Source: Azolla caroliniana (lineage: Eukaryota; Plantae; Polypodiophyta). Taken from it: DNA of 64,000 bases. The position numbers were made by a program, and so were the translations under genes. The notes beneath the pieces were generated by a model. The model ran no database searches, was not told the origin of the DNA, and was given only the letters and a program-made list of their open reading frames with translations. Shown here in pieces: positions 9,501-22,727 of this stretch. Each line of letters starts with the position of its first letter. Positions within the stretch are counted from its first letter, which is position 1. The stretch covers positions 16,244,001 through 16,308,000 of the forward strand of contig JBHGNT010000001.1 in NCBI GenBank assembly GCA_043228905.1, in the 5' to 3' direction.

Positions 9501-12314
9501 TCTCCCCGCGCAAGGAACCGAGGAGACGGTTCACACGCAAAGAGAAAGGGAAACAGAAGATGTCGGAATTCGAGACCGGCAATGATGAGTTGGATCGGTG
9601 CATATCTGACTTCGGCAAGGACATAGGCAAATATTCGGGAACAAAGACCGAACCGGCCAAGAAGGGTCTCATACCGGGTAACGGTGAGTTACGCCGGTCC
9701 ACCCGCCAGAAGGATCCCGTTAAACGGTACGGGTATAACGAGTACATGGCGCATCATTATGCGTACATGACCAAGGTTGCGGAAGTGCGTGAGCCGGAGA
9801 GCTACGCAGAAGCAGCAAAGGACGCAAATTGGCGTGCTGCTATGGAGGAAGAAATGCGGGCACTAGATGCCAACAGAACTTGGGACCTGGTTGACCCTCC
9901 CCGTCACTGTAAACCGATCGGATGCAAGTGGGTGTAGAAGGTAAAGTACAATGCCGACGGTACAGTCAACCAGTACAAGGCCTGGTTAGTGGCGAAGGGA
10001 TATGCGCAGACCCACGGAATCGACTACGACGAGACCTTCGCTCCTGTAGCAAAGATGACGACGGTCCGTGTGGTACTGGCGGTTGTTGCGGCAAGGGGGT
10101 GGCATCTTCATCAGATGGATGTGAAGAATGCCCCCCGGATTTCAGTCGGAGGTGAACAAGTCGGCGGTATGCCGACTGAGGAAGTCGTTGTATGGCTTGA
10201 AGTAAGCCCCCCGTGCTTGGAATGCTAAGATCATGCACCGGTTGCGAAAGATGGGGTTTGTTGCCTCTAAGTCAGACTCTTCCCTGTTCATCCGTCAAGG
10301 CTCAAACGGTCTGGTGTGTATCTTACTCTATGTTGATGATTTAGACATCACCGGCACAGGTCTTCCGGAAATCAACCGCGTCAAGTCCCAGTTGTCGGAC
10401 GCATTCGATATGAAGGACTTGGGGGACCTTCATTATTTTTTGGGGATCGAGGTGATCCGCAACCCCGACGGTATATTGCTTTCTCAACGCCATTATGTGT
10501 TGAATATACTGTACAAATTCGGCATGACGGAATGTCGACCTGTCTCCACACCCCTGGACCGGAATCAAAAGATCCGTGCCAACTCCGAACCAGCCTGCGA
10601 TGAGAAACGGTTCCAACCAATAGCCGGAAGCCTGATCTACTTGACCATCACCTGACCCGACATTAGCTATCCGGTCGGAGTGGTAAGCCAATTCATGCAG
10701 AAGCCGATCGTGGAGCACCTTCAGTGCGCGCAACGAATACTGAGGTATGTAAGCGGCACTAAGGACCGGGGGCTCTTATACCGGCAAGGTATAACCGAAG
10801 AGCTTGTCGGCTACACGGATGCCGACTGGGCTGGCGATGCAACCGATCGTCGCTCAACTTCCGGCTTTATGTTTTCTCTTGGGAGCGCGGCTATTGCGTG
10901 GAGCAGCAAAAAGCAGCCAACAGTGGCTCTATCCAGCACTGAGGCTGAATACCGGGGCGCGACCATTGCCACCTACGAAGCCATTTGGCTTCGGCGGCTA
11001 CTACAAGACCTGCAAATCGAGGTACCGACCCCGATCCTGATCTACTGCGATAACCTCAGCAGCATGCAGCTCGCCAAGAACCATGTGTTCCATGCTCGCA
11101 CAAAGCACATAGAAGTGCATTATCACTTCATGCATGAGTGGGTCCTGAGCGATGAAGTTGAACTACGATATGTTCACACGGATCGGCAAGTTGCCGACAT
11201 CTTCACCAAGCCTCTCGGGTCGGACAAGTTGCAGCACTTTACCAAAATGCTTGGTGTTCAGCATCTCGACGTGCCGCACTTGAGGGGGAGACGCAAGGGC
11301 AAAGACACTACCGAAACGGGCAAAGGCAAAAAAATTGTTGGACCCATAGGTAAGAGAAGAACCGGTAGAGGTGGAAACAAGAAGAAAAATGAAGCCGAGT
11401 CAATGAAGGAAGTCAGCACATCCGAACAAGTTGGTGAACCGGCTGAAGAAGCCAAGGGAAGCACGGAGAAGGCCAAGACCCGGACGTGGTCCGATGTGGT
11501 GAGAGGCCTGAAGCCGAAAATCAAATCGGAGGATACCGATTCAGACAAGAGCTGGAACGAGTCGGAGACAGCTGATTCGGATCAACAGACGGATCCGGAT
11601 GAGTCGGATCAACGAGAGGCCAAGGAGACACAGACGCAGCGGAAGTCGATGCCATCGCAGTGGAACCGACGGATCGGCAAGCGCCGGAGTCATAGCAGCG
11701 AAGGAGCTGAGATGGACCTATTGAGCAGACATGCCGAAGGTCAAGGCACGCAGAACCAAAGGGGTCGCGGCAAACCGAACCGAACCGGACAAGGAGCGCG
11801 AGCAAGGCGAAGCGATGCCAAGAGAAGTCGGTTGGAAGAACCGGCTGCCACAGAGGTTGACACTACGACCCTACCTCAGGTTGAGCTTGAGGGGAAGTGT
11901 TGAGCGGCAAGCTCAACCGGAGCCAGATCGGCTGAATAAGCGAGATGAATCGGTATGCCGATGAGCAACCGAGCCGGTAAGCAGTAAGGACCGGTGAGCT
12001 GGGGAGTCAGTATGCCGGATCCAATTCGTAACCGAAAGCCTAGTATAGGTTAGACTACTAGGCAGTTATAGTCTCGTAGTTAGTGTCAGACGCTCGTGTG
12101 AGCATTGAAGTACACCGTACTTCTAACAGTCCCGTGTGGACTTGTATAAATAGCGTTGATGAGCGCGTTGTAGATACACAGCACAGAGTATTCATATAAT
12201 TTTTGAAAAATAGTGTGTTTTGCTCTCTCTGTCTCTCTCTATCTCTCCCGCGTACTCTCTCTCTCTCTCTCTGTGTATTGTTCTTTCTAACGCTTCCGCA
12301 AGCAATCTTTGACA
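6517..12314 (+). mobile_element. Copia B: full-length, with scattered stops and frameshifts, TSD ACAAG
   Basis: LTRs 6517-6939 and 11898-12314 (about 96% by hand count). PBS TGGTATCAGAGC 6940-6951. PPT 11889-11897. TSD 6512-6516/12315-12319. Gag-ZnK-PR-INT-RT-RH order. Confidence 0.95.
7046..11903 (+). pseudogene. Copia B gag-pol polyprotein (disrupted)
   Basis: CWYCGKKGHMESEC, WYVDSGASNHM, HKRIGH..CEACQLGKQH, SDGGKEY..QNGVAERKN, LYVDDL, GYTDADWAGD..STSG in ORFs 7577, 8639, 10233 and 10680. Confidence 0.9.
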
Positions 12315-12672
12315 ACAAGGCTTTTCACCTTTAAGAAACAGGAGAAGACTTCGCTCTTCTTCTTGATCAATCATGCCCAAGTATGTCGAGTGTAATCATC
12401 AATGAAGGTTACAAAGTAACGACTACCGATGATGCTCACATTCTGCGCCATTCCCCATACATCCGAATGGATTAAATCGAGCTTGTTATGACTCTGATTA
12501 TGCTCGTTGAGGAATGGAAGTCGGTGTTGCGTCCCTAACTAGCAAGCTTCACATGTTTGGCCTTTTCGATCGTTGAATCTTAGTAGGCCGAAAACCACTT
12601 GTTTCGCCTGTATCTCCTGAAGCTTGGGAAAGTTTACGTGGCCAATTCGCTTGTGCCACGAGTCCATATCTT

Positions 12673-12949
12673 ATTCAACCTTTTGGCCTTTGACAAAACA
12701 CTCTTGTGCAGTGATCTGGCCTTCTTCCTCTATGAAGCACCCGAGGTGAGTAGATTGAACCTGCATCCCTTGATCGACGATCTGTCCAACCGACACCAAG
12801 TTCTTGGTGAAATTCGACCTTTTACCCTTTGACACAACGCCCTTGTGCAATGATCCGGCCTTCTTCCTCTATGGAGCACCCGAGGTGAGTAAATTGAACC
12901 TGCAATCCTTGATCGACGATCTATCCAACCAACACCAAGTTCTTGGTGA
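12673..12949. repeat. About 137-bp diverged tandem duplication inside Copia C
   Basis: CCTTCTTCCTCTAT.AGCACCCGAGGTGAGTA..TTGAACCTGCA..CCAAGTTCTTGGTGA occurs twice in tandem. Confidence 0.85.
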
Positions 12950-15900
12950 TCATTGGGATGTGTAGGACGTTCCTCATTATTCCTCTTTGGCCGACATGGC
13001 TCAGAGGAACATCTCCAATATGTTCGAATGGTTGAGGGGTGTCGTCACCAATTTCAACGACCCCCGACTATTCCGACTTCTCCAACATCGAGAACCACTC
13101 CTTGTGGTTCATCATATGGTTTGATGCTCCAGAATCACATTGTCACGGTATTCCACATGTACATGTCGGATTGGGCGGGACCGCGTGGGTCTTGGACTGG
13201 GGAGTTGGAGACGGAGAGGCCATTGAGCTTGTAGTGACCTAATCGGCTCACTTGCTAGACTTCTTCTTTGAGCAAACGGGTGTCCAATCCAGCCATGTCG
13301 CCGGACTTTAGAAATGAGCACACAGGCTCGCGAACTCATGTAGAAATGCGTGGAACAGATTGGGAGAGGAGAAGCAATGCCTCCCAAACACAAAAACTGA
13401 GATACAAATGTAGACCCAACATAGAAAAGGAGTCGGATACAGCAAACCACGAATAAATTAACAGACATAGAAGAATACAACCGGACTCGGCTGGTGACAG
13501 GGCTTCGAGCTATGCACACATACACACATACACACACACACCGACCGGTGAGCCTCTGGTCGGGAGCACACAGGCTTCCTACGCGAGCAGAGGCCTCACA
13601 CCTATCTATCCGATCTAGCACATCACAAAAAACCAATAACACCTTCTCCTCCAAAATGATGGATCCCCAAAATTGTCTTCATTCCCTCCTTTTATAGTTC
13701 ACGGAGGGTCCGTTACATCAGCATTCATGACAACCACTTCTGTCAGCGATTCTCCCCCTGATTTTTTGTTATCACACACTTATATTCCCCTCTTTCAAGG
13801 GATCATAAAGTACGTATTCAATACTCCCTACCTTCTACTTACTAGTCCTAGGTTCTTTACAATAGTTTTATACAAGATCCCCTTTTATGTGCGTCTGTGC
13901 ACGCCCTTGTTCACACGCGATCGGCGAGTTTTCTTCTTGTGGTTGGAATCCTGCATGACATCCACCCCCACCAAACCACACATCCTTCGACATGTGCCAA
14001 GTAATGAAGCGGTGGAGATTACAGTTCGATCCTTACTTGTCCTCTCCTGACCCATTGTCAATCTGGTCCTCATCTAGCTCCTCGTCCTCATCCTCCACCT
14101 CCGGATCCAGCTCCGCCTCAAGCTCAACTTGAGGCTCTTCGGGATCTTCCGGATCACCGCTCCGGTTCCTCCTAGCTCCACGCCTCACTCGTGCTCCTTG
14201 ACCTATTCGACTCCGCGAGCTTCGACCCTTCCGGTCGGCTTGTCTGCTCCCACGGCCCTTCACAGCTCCCTTGTTGTCGTGGTGTTGGCGCTTCTCCTAT
14301 TGCCTTCTTTTCCGCTTGGCCCTCGGTTGATTCAGTGTATCCGAATCAAACATCTGAACCGACTCGGCTACCTCCGATCGGTTTTCGCTCTCGTCCGAGT
14401 TGGCTGTCTCCAACTCGTCGTCGGTCTTCTCGCCCTTGATGGCGTCATCTCCCCCATGCTTGGTTGACTTCGGCTCTTCCTTTCAGCTGCTCCCCTTATG
14501 TCCGCTTCCGGAATCTTCTACGGGTCTGCCCTCGGCTTCATCAGCCGATCCGAAATCGAATTTGTCATCCGACTCAGCGTCACAGTCTTCTCTCCCCCTT
14601 CTGTGGTCATCCAGGACATCTCTCCCCCTCAAGTTCGGCACGTCGAGGTGACGCAACCCAAGCGCACCCGAGAATTGCCACAACTTGTCCAGTCCAAGAG
14701 GCTTGGTGAATATGTCTGTGGACTACCGATCTGTCAGAACATATTGAAGTTCGACTTCACCGGAGAGAACACGCTCACGGACGAAATGGTAGTGCACCTC
14801 AATGTGCTTAGTCTGGCATGGAAAACGGGGTTCTTGGCAAGCTGGATGTTGCCGAGGTTGTCGCAGTAGATAGTCGTTGGATCGGACACCTCCACCTGCA
14901 GATCCTTAAGTAGCCGCTTCAACCATATGGCTTCGCATGTCGCAACAGCCGCTCCTCTATACTCAGCTTCGGTGCTCGACAGTGCAAATGTCGGCTGCTT
15001 CTTACTGCTCCATGCTATCGCAACACTCCCAAGAGAGAACGTGTATCCGAACGTGGATCGGCCATCGGCGGCGTTGCCAGCCCAATCAGCATCGATGTAG
15101 CCGACCAACTGTGAGGTTGTACCAGTCCGATATAGCAGTCACCGGTCCTTAGTGCCGCTTATGTACCGCAGTACGTGTTGCGCACAGTGAAGGTGCTCCT
15201 CGGTAGGTCGCGCCATGAACTGATTGATCACCCCGACCGGACAACTGAGATCGGGTCTGGTGATTGTTAAGTAGATAAGGCTTCCGATAATTTGTCGGAA
15301 CCTCGTCGGGTCGCATACCTTTCCGGAATTGGGGCGAAGTTTGACGGTTCTATCTAGAGGAGTCGAGACGAACTTACAGTCTGCCCTCCCGAATTTGAAG
15401 AGCATATTCAGCGCGTAATGACGTTGGCTTATCAGTATGCCTTCGGGGGTGCAGATCACTTCGATCCCGAGGAAGTAATGAAGGTCCCCCAGATCCTTCA
15501 TGTCGAATGATACAGGAAGTTGGAGCTTCACGCGGTCGACTTCACCTAGGTCGGTGCCAATGATGACCAAGTCATCAACATATAGTAAAATGCTGACCGG
15601 ACCGAGTTGACCTTTCCGGATGAACAGGGAAGAGTCTGATTTTGACGTTGCAAAGCCCATCCGACGTAGTTGTTGCATGATCTTCGCATTCCAGGCACGC
15701 GGGGCTTGCTTCAGTCCGTAAAGGGATTTCTTCAATCGGCACACTGCCAACGTGTTCATTCCGGAGTGAAATCCGAGGGGTTGTACCCATGTACACCTGT
15801 TCCTCAAGCTCACCTTGCAAGAACACATTCTTTACATCCATTTGATGTAAGTGCCACCCCTTTGCCGCAGCTACCGCGAGAAAAACACGGACGGTCGTCA

Positions 15901-16365
15901 TTTTCGCGACCAGCGCAAACGTCTCATCGTAGTCGATGTCGTGTTTCTGCGCGTAGCCTTTTGCCACTAACCGGGCCTTGTTTCGGTTGACCGAGCCGTC
16001 GGTGTTGTACTTGACCTTGTACACCCACCTACATCCGATCGGTTTCACACCCTTCAACGCGTCAACCAGGTCCCAGGTTTCATTTTCCGCTAATGCGTGC
16101 ATCTCTTCCTCCATCGCGGCGCGCCAATTCGCGTCCTTAGCCGCTTTTGCGTAGCTCTCCGTCTCCGGCTCACACACTTTCGCTACACAGGTCATGTACG
16201 CATAATGATGCGCCAGGTACTCGTTGTATCCAAACCACACAATTGGGTTCTTTTGGCGGGTAGATCGGCGTAATTGGTCATTAGCCGATGTCGAGGTCTT
16301 CTCGGCTGACGCGGACTTCGCTCTTGATAACCCGTCACCGTTGCCCTCGGAGTCGGACTCGTTCC

Positions 16366-17020
16366 TGTCATGAGGACAACATTTTGGTTATCAAGAATCG
16401 AACCCACGACTTCTTGTTCTATGTGTTGAACCCTTAACCATTGTAATAACATATATGTTGTGTGATTATAATAATTATGTTTCTAGTTATTACAAGATAT
16501 TAGAATATTCTAGAACATTCTAGATTATTCTAGAACATCCTTTAATATTTCATGATTATATTTCTTATCATAAAATCTAAAATATTCTAGAACATTCTAG
16601 ATTACTCCATAAGGACCTATAAATAACTGTCTATACATTCGTTTCAACTCATTCGGTTCAACACCAGTCTTTAGCCCTTAGCCTACTCATTGTAATCTTG
16701 TTTCATCATAATATAATCTCATTTCTATTTCAAGTCTTATCTCTCTCACTCTCTCTCTCTCACTCTCTCTCTCTCTCTCTCAGGCACACACACACACACC
16801 CTCTCTCTTTCGCTCTCACTCTATCTTCTTCCCACAAGTCTCGACAGTTTGAACCGAATTTTCTATAACTAGATATAACTAGAAACATAACTATTATAAC
16901 TAGAAACATAATTATTATAATCACACAACATATATGTTATTACAATGGTTAAGGGTTCAACACATAGACCAAGAAGTCGTGGGTTCGATTCTTGATAACC
17001 AAAATGTTTTCTTCATGACA
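16366..17020 (+). mobile_element. 655-bp LTR-derived fold-back element: LTR + self-priming PBS + inverted U3, TSD GTTCC
   Basis: TGTCATGA...TCATGACA. GTTCC at 16361-16365 and 17021-17025. About 125-bp inverted repeats 16366-16490 / 16896-17020 with 3 mismatches and 1 indel. TATA box at 16618. Confidence 0.9.
16503..16540. promoter_or_regulatory. Heat-shock element (nGAAn inverted-repeat) array
   Basis: GAA TA TTC TA GAA CA TTC TA GAT TA TTC TA GAA CA TCC, about 80 bp upstream of the TATA box. A second short array at about 16580-16608. Confidence 0.65.
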
Positions 17021-20000
17021 GTTCCTATCCGTACCGTAATCCGACACCTTCTTCTTCCCTTTTTCTTGGCGTGTAAGCTGTCTCCTCGACTTCCTACATG
17101 GGGAATGCACGGCCAAGTCTCCACTACTCGCCGGCTCTTCATCAGGACTGGTTGAACCGACTCAGTCGTTCATTTGGTCCACTTAACGGAAACGAAATCG
17201 GACTCTCTTCGCAAGTCCCGATTTCAGGCTCATCCGGAGGCATCTCGACCTTGCTGACCTCATCGTCAGAACTTGGATTGGAGATGAGGTCCGGAGTCGA
17301 AGGCAAGTACCAGGACGCGGACTCGTCAAACACAACGTCGCGGCTCACGCGCGCTTGTTTGGTGCGCGGGTTATAACACTTATAACCCTTCTACTCGTCC
17401 GAGTAACCGACCAATATACATTTCTCGGCCTTTGCGTCCAGCTTCCTCCGTTTCTCTTTCGGCACATGCACATACGCAATGCTACCGAAAACTCGTAAGT
17501 GTCGCAAGTTCGGCTTCGTTCCGAAATATAGCTCATGCGCTAACACTTTGTCTCCGATCCGGTTCTGGATGTATACCGCGGTTCGTACCGCCTCGGCCCA
17601 ATAGAACTTGGGCAAGCTCTTTTCTTCTAGCATTGCCCGCGCCGCTTCCACAACCGACCGATGTTTCCTTTCAGCCACGCCGTTTTGCTCCGACGTGTAT
17701 CTACAACTGAATTCACGTCGAATTCCCATTTGTTGTAGATAACCGTTGAATTGACCGGAAAAGTATTCTTTTCCGCCATCCGACCGCAGGCACTTGATCT
17801 TCCTTCTTGTTTCCATTTCCACGAACCCTTTGAGGTCCCGGAAACAGTCGAAGACTTCGCTCTTCCTCTCAATGAGGTAGATCCACGTGTGCCGCGTGTA
17901 GTCATCGATGAAGGAGACGAAATATCAGCTCCCGCCAAGACTAACGTTCTGTGTCGGCCCCCACACATTGGAGTGTATCAAGTCGAGCTTGTTCCGGCTC
18001 CGGTTACGCTCGTTGGGGAAGGGAAGTCAATGTTGCTTCCCAAGCTAGCAGGCTTCACAAATTTGTGCCTTCCGGCCACTAAATTTGGGCAATCCGAACA
18101 CCACCTGTTTCGATTGCAGGTCCTGAAGCCGTTGATAGTTGACGTGGCCTATCCGCTTGTGCCATAAGTCGATATCCGACTCGACTTTCTATCCTTTCGC
18201 GAACATTGTGGTGTCACCGTCACTAGAGTCGAGGATAAACATCCTCTCGTCTCTGCGCCCTTGCGCAATAACTCGGCCTTCTTCCTCGATGAAGCACCCG
18301 AGATGCGTGAACTTCCCTGACATTCACGATCGGATGCGGACTGTCGTCTCCAATTGCGACTACTCCCGGTTGCGTCGGTTTCTCAAGGTATGAGAACCAC
18401 TCCTTGTGGCACGTCATGTGGTTTGACGCGTCGGAGTCAATGTACCACACCTCGTCCGATTTCGGGGCGGACTTGTTCATCGAGTTCGCTTCGTGTCTCA
18501 TCACGAAGACTGACCCTTTTCCGGCTTCTCCGGATCCTTCGGCATAGTGCAATCGTTGCCGATTTCCTTTGTCGGTCTGTCCGGAACTTGATCCGGACCC
18601 GGTTCTCTCCGAATTGGTGCGCTTTTTCCAGCACTCGCTCTCCCTATGGCCTTTCTTGCCACAGTACCAGCATTCCGCGGCGGATTTCCCTTGCCGATTC
18701 TCGTCGCCTCGACTCCCCCTATTTCCGAAGGGTCCGGAATTTCAGTCGGCATCACTTCGGTGCCTTCTTCCTTAATCCCGTCGGCCGCCTCCATTGCGTA
18801 CCGACTCGCCTCGTCCGCCACGACCACGGGGCCTCTCTCCCTCTATGTACAGCATGTTGTTGTCGGCATGCATGCGTGTCGACGCACCCGCGTGGTTCTC
18901 CTCTATAAGGAGCATCGACTGTAAGTCGAAAAACGACGGCGTATTCTCCCGTGTACACACAGCAGTTCGGAACACTCCGAACTTTGACGCCAAACCCCCG
19001 AGACAGACCTGGACCATCTCGTTTTCCTCGATGTTCACATGGATGGAAGCTAAGGAGTCGCAAATGTCCTTGATCTTCGAGGTATAGTCAACCACCGACA
19101 AATCGCGTTGTCGTAGGTTGCTCAACTCCTATCGGAGCTGAAGCTTCCTGGCTGTGCTGCTCGCGGCAAAGATCTTCTTCAGATTTTCCCACACACCCTT
19201 CGGCGTTTTTGCATCCCGAACGTAGCTTAATAGTTGTTTGCCCACACAAGACACGAAACAGTACAACACTCTGCTCGCCGATTGTTCCCATGCCGGGAAG
19301 TCTTTGTGTGTTGAATCAGGTGCTGTGTCATTTGCTCCATCGACATAGCTCCAATAACCGTGTCTGAGCAGGTACTGGTGCATCTTGTAGGACCAAGATG
19401 CGTAGTTGGTTTTGTCGAGCTTCTCCATCGGAAGCGAGCTAGCCATTCCTCTGTCCATCGGTTTTCTCGTTCTTCTTCGTTGGTTTTTCCTTCAAGCAAA
19501 GTCGACTACAGAGGTTCTCAACCCTCGCGCTTTGATACCATGAAAAGAATGGTGTGCGGAAGCAATATAGGAAACCGAACAACAGAAAACACAAGTTTAA
19601 TGGAAATCTTAGGTTTGCATAGTACGCACGGGAGAGACAGAGAGAGAGTAAACGCAAGAACTTAATTCAAAAATAATACTCAATCTGTACATCGTGTGTG
19701 TTAAATGAACACTTTTATACAAGTTCTTTTCAGACTGACAGAAGTACTAACAGTACTTCAATGCTCATTGAGGAGCCCCTACACTAACTCCCAAATATAT
19801 TCCTTGCGGAATATCTTTCCGATGGCCTCCCGATTTCCGCACCGATCCAGCCTTCCTACGCACCGGTCTGCGTACCGGTTTCCAACCGATCCAACCTAAC
19901 CGATCCGGTCCTTGGCTTGCTTAGCTGATCCAGCCAATGTTGAGCTTGTCTCTCAACACTTACTATGTAAGAGCATTAATCTCGTTTTCTATTTCTTGCT

Positions 20001-20150
20001 TTCTTCCATTGAGTGTTTCAGACTCGATTGAGGCCGAGCACTATCCCATTCCGCACAAACTAGTATCAGAGCATAGTATCTAAACCTTGAAGAAAATGGA
20101 AGAGTCATTCGGAAGCATGTTCAAGCTCACTGGCTCCAACTACCCAGTAT

Positions 20151-20510
20151 GGAAGTCGAAGATGAGGGACATGCTCGTGGTCAAAGATCTCTAGTTGTCA
20201 GTACAGTTCGGGGACAAGAAACCAGACAAGATCGATGCCACATCGTGGGAGGTGATGCACATGAAGACGACCCTGTACATTAGGTGCTTCATCGACATGA
20301 GCATGTACAACAACTTCAATGAAGAAAGCAAGTCAAAGATGATGGACATGCTCGTGGTCAAAGATCTCTCGTTGTCGGTACAGTTCGGGGACAAGAAACC
20401 AGACAAGATCGATGTCACATCGTGGGAGGTGATGCACATGAAGACGACCATGTACATTAGGTGCTTCATCGACATGAGCATGTACAACAACTTCAATGAA
20501 GAAAGCAAGG
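20151..20510. repeat. 180-bp tandem duplication in Copia G gag
   Basis: KSKM.DMLVVKDL.LSVQFGDKKPDKID.TSWEVMHMKTT..NNFNEESK encoded twice. Confidence 0.92.
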
Positions 20511-22727
20511 CTCATGTGCTCTGGGAGTAAATCAACACCATGTTGGAGAGTAAAAACACCGTAAATCGAGTTTCGGTATTATGGAGTGAGACTACGATAC
20601 CAAGACAAATCCAACATGGTAGAGCACATGAATGCATTCCAGGGTCTCATAAATCAAACAACCTCACTAGAAGTACCTCTAGCCGACGCAGTACTTGCGT
20701 TGCTCCTGCTCGGTTCCCTCCTAGGTAGTTGGGAGATGCTAGTTGTCGCCTTGGGCAACGCCGGGCCGGAAGGAAAACAATTTTGTGGCACAAGAGGTTG
20801 TGTCACAAGAGCCAGAAAGAGATGAGAAGACTTGCCGAAGTTAACCTCATTCCGGAGGTGAAAGACATGCATCTTGAGAAGTGCACCGACTGCTTGACCG
20901 GCAAGCAAAACCGAACCTCTTTCTTGTCAAGACCACCGATCAGACGGACGACACCACTAGAACTTGTGCATACCGATGTATGCCAAGTGGACACGAAGTC
21001 ACATGCCAGAAGTTGTGGCTATCACCGTTGAAGATGAAGGATCAAGTGTTGTCCGTCTTCAAGGAACTCCATACGAGGGTGGAAAGGGAAACAAGCCGAA
21101 AGCTGAAGGTGGTTCGAGCGGACAACGGAGGAGAATACCGAGGGCAGTTTGAGGAGTAATGTTGGTCGAAGGGAATCCGGCTCGAATTCATCGTGCCGAA
21201 GACGCCAGAGCTGACTGGATTGGCCAAAAGGATGAACTAGACCATAATGGAGAGAGTCTAGAGCATGCTAGCACATGCAAAGTTACCCAAGACGTTTTGG
21301 GCTGAGGCGTTGATGACAACGACCTATGTGATAAATAGATCACCCTCAGTGCCCTTGGAAGGAGACACACCACATAAAGTATTGACTTGTAAAGACGTGT
21401 CTTACCAGCATCTGAGTTCCCAGCATCTGAGTTCTACATGCAACATCCAGAAGGATTCATCAAGAAAGGGAAGGAGCACCTGGTATGCTGGTTGAAGAAG
21501 AGCTTATACGGACTGAAGCAAGCTCCCCAACAATGGTACCGAAAGTTCGACTTCTTCATGACCGATCAAGGATATCAAGGGATGCACGACGACCATTGTG
21601 TATTTGTGAAGAATTTCGATGAAGGAGACTTCCTGATACACCTACTATATGTGGATGACATGATGATTGTCAAACCGGACCAAACCAAAATCGAGAATCT
21701 GAAGAAGGCCTTGAACCAGACCTTCTCAATGAAAGATTTGTGTCCATCGCGACAAATATTGGGGATGCACGTAATCCGGAACCGGACGAAGAAGCTATTG
21801 TGGTTGTCATAGGAGAAGTACCTGGCGAAGGTGCTCCAATGGTTCAGCATGACAAATGCGAAGCCGGTTGGATCGACACTTCCGACAAATTGCAAGTTGT
21901 CCGGAAAGCAAAGTCCGACAACGAAGGCAGAGAAGTTGGAGATGATGAAGATACCATACGCCTCTGCCGTCAGAAGCTTAAAGTATGCAATGGTGTGTAC
22001 CCGGCCAGATATCAGATATGTTGTCGGAGTGGTCATCCGGTTCATGAGCAATCCGAGAAGAGAACATTGGACTGCGGTTACGTGGATACTCCGGTACTTG
22101 AAAGGCACCTCGAGTATGTGCCTCTGATTCGGCTCCAGAAAACCCCAGCTTGAAGGATTCACGGATCCGGATATGTCGGCCGATGCGGATACCAGCCGAT
22201 CAACTTCCGGATATGTTATGACATATGTAGGGGGAGCCATATCATGGCAATCGAGGTTGCAGAAGTCCGTTGCACTATCAACAACGGAAGTGGAGTACAT
22301 GGCAGTCGTGGAAGCCGGTAAAGAGGTAATCTGGATGAAGGACTTCATCGAAGAGTTAGGGATCTGATAGGAGGAATTCTGGCTCTACTATAACATTCGA
22401 AGTGTCATCCACCTTGCAAAGAACGCGGCGTACCACTCCAAGAGGAAGCACATCCAACGTAGATACTACTGGCTCCAGGAGAGAATAGAAGTTCAAGACT
22501 TCACGCTGTTGAAGATCCACACTGAGGAGAACGGGTCGGACATGCTGACCAAGGTGTTGTTAGCCGACAAGCTGAACGTGTGCAGGAGACGGATCAGACT
22601 GACCAGGCATCCCATGTCGGAGTGAAGGGGGAGCTTGTTGGGAATTTGGTACCTCCGGAAGATATCCGGATGAATCCAATGTGAATCAGATCCAAGGAAA
22701 TATCTATAAATATGTTTCTAGAGGGCC

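Larger units (their letters stand above)
14111..19958 (-). mobile_element. Copia I (same family group as B), 3' LTR deleted
   Basis: 5' LTR 19541-19958, PBS 19529-19540, Gag MASSLPMEKLDKTNYASW, then INT, RT and RH ORFs. Ends at PPT-like TTGAGGCGGAG, fused directly to the Gypsy E tail. Confidence 0.9.

Noticed and set aside
14032-14036. CTTAC matching 19959-19963 as the TSD of Copia I
   Set aside because: No 3' LTR precedes it, and 14033-14110 reads as Gypsy E's acidic tail. Treated as coincidence.
16366-17020. Ordinary MITE, Ginger transposon or miRNA precursor
   Set aside because: The interior has LTR anatomy shared with Gypsy H plus a PBS-position sequence, so an LTR origin fits better. 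MITE-like mobility remains untested.
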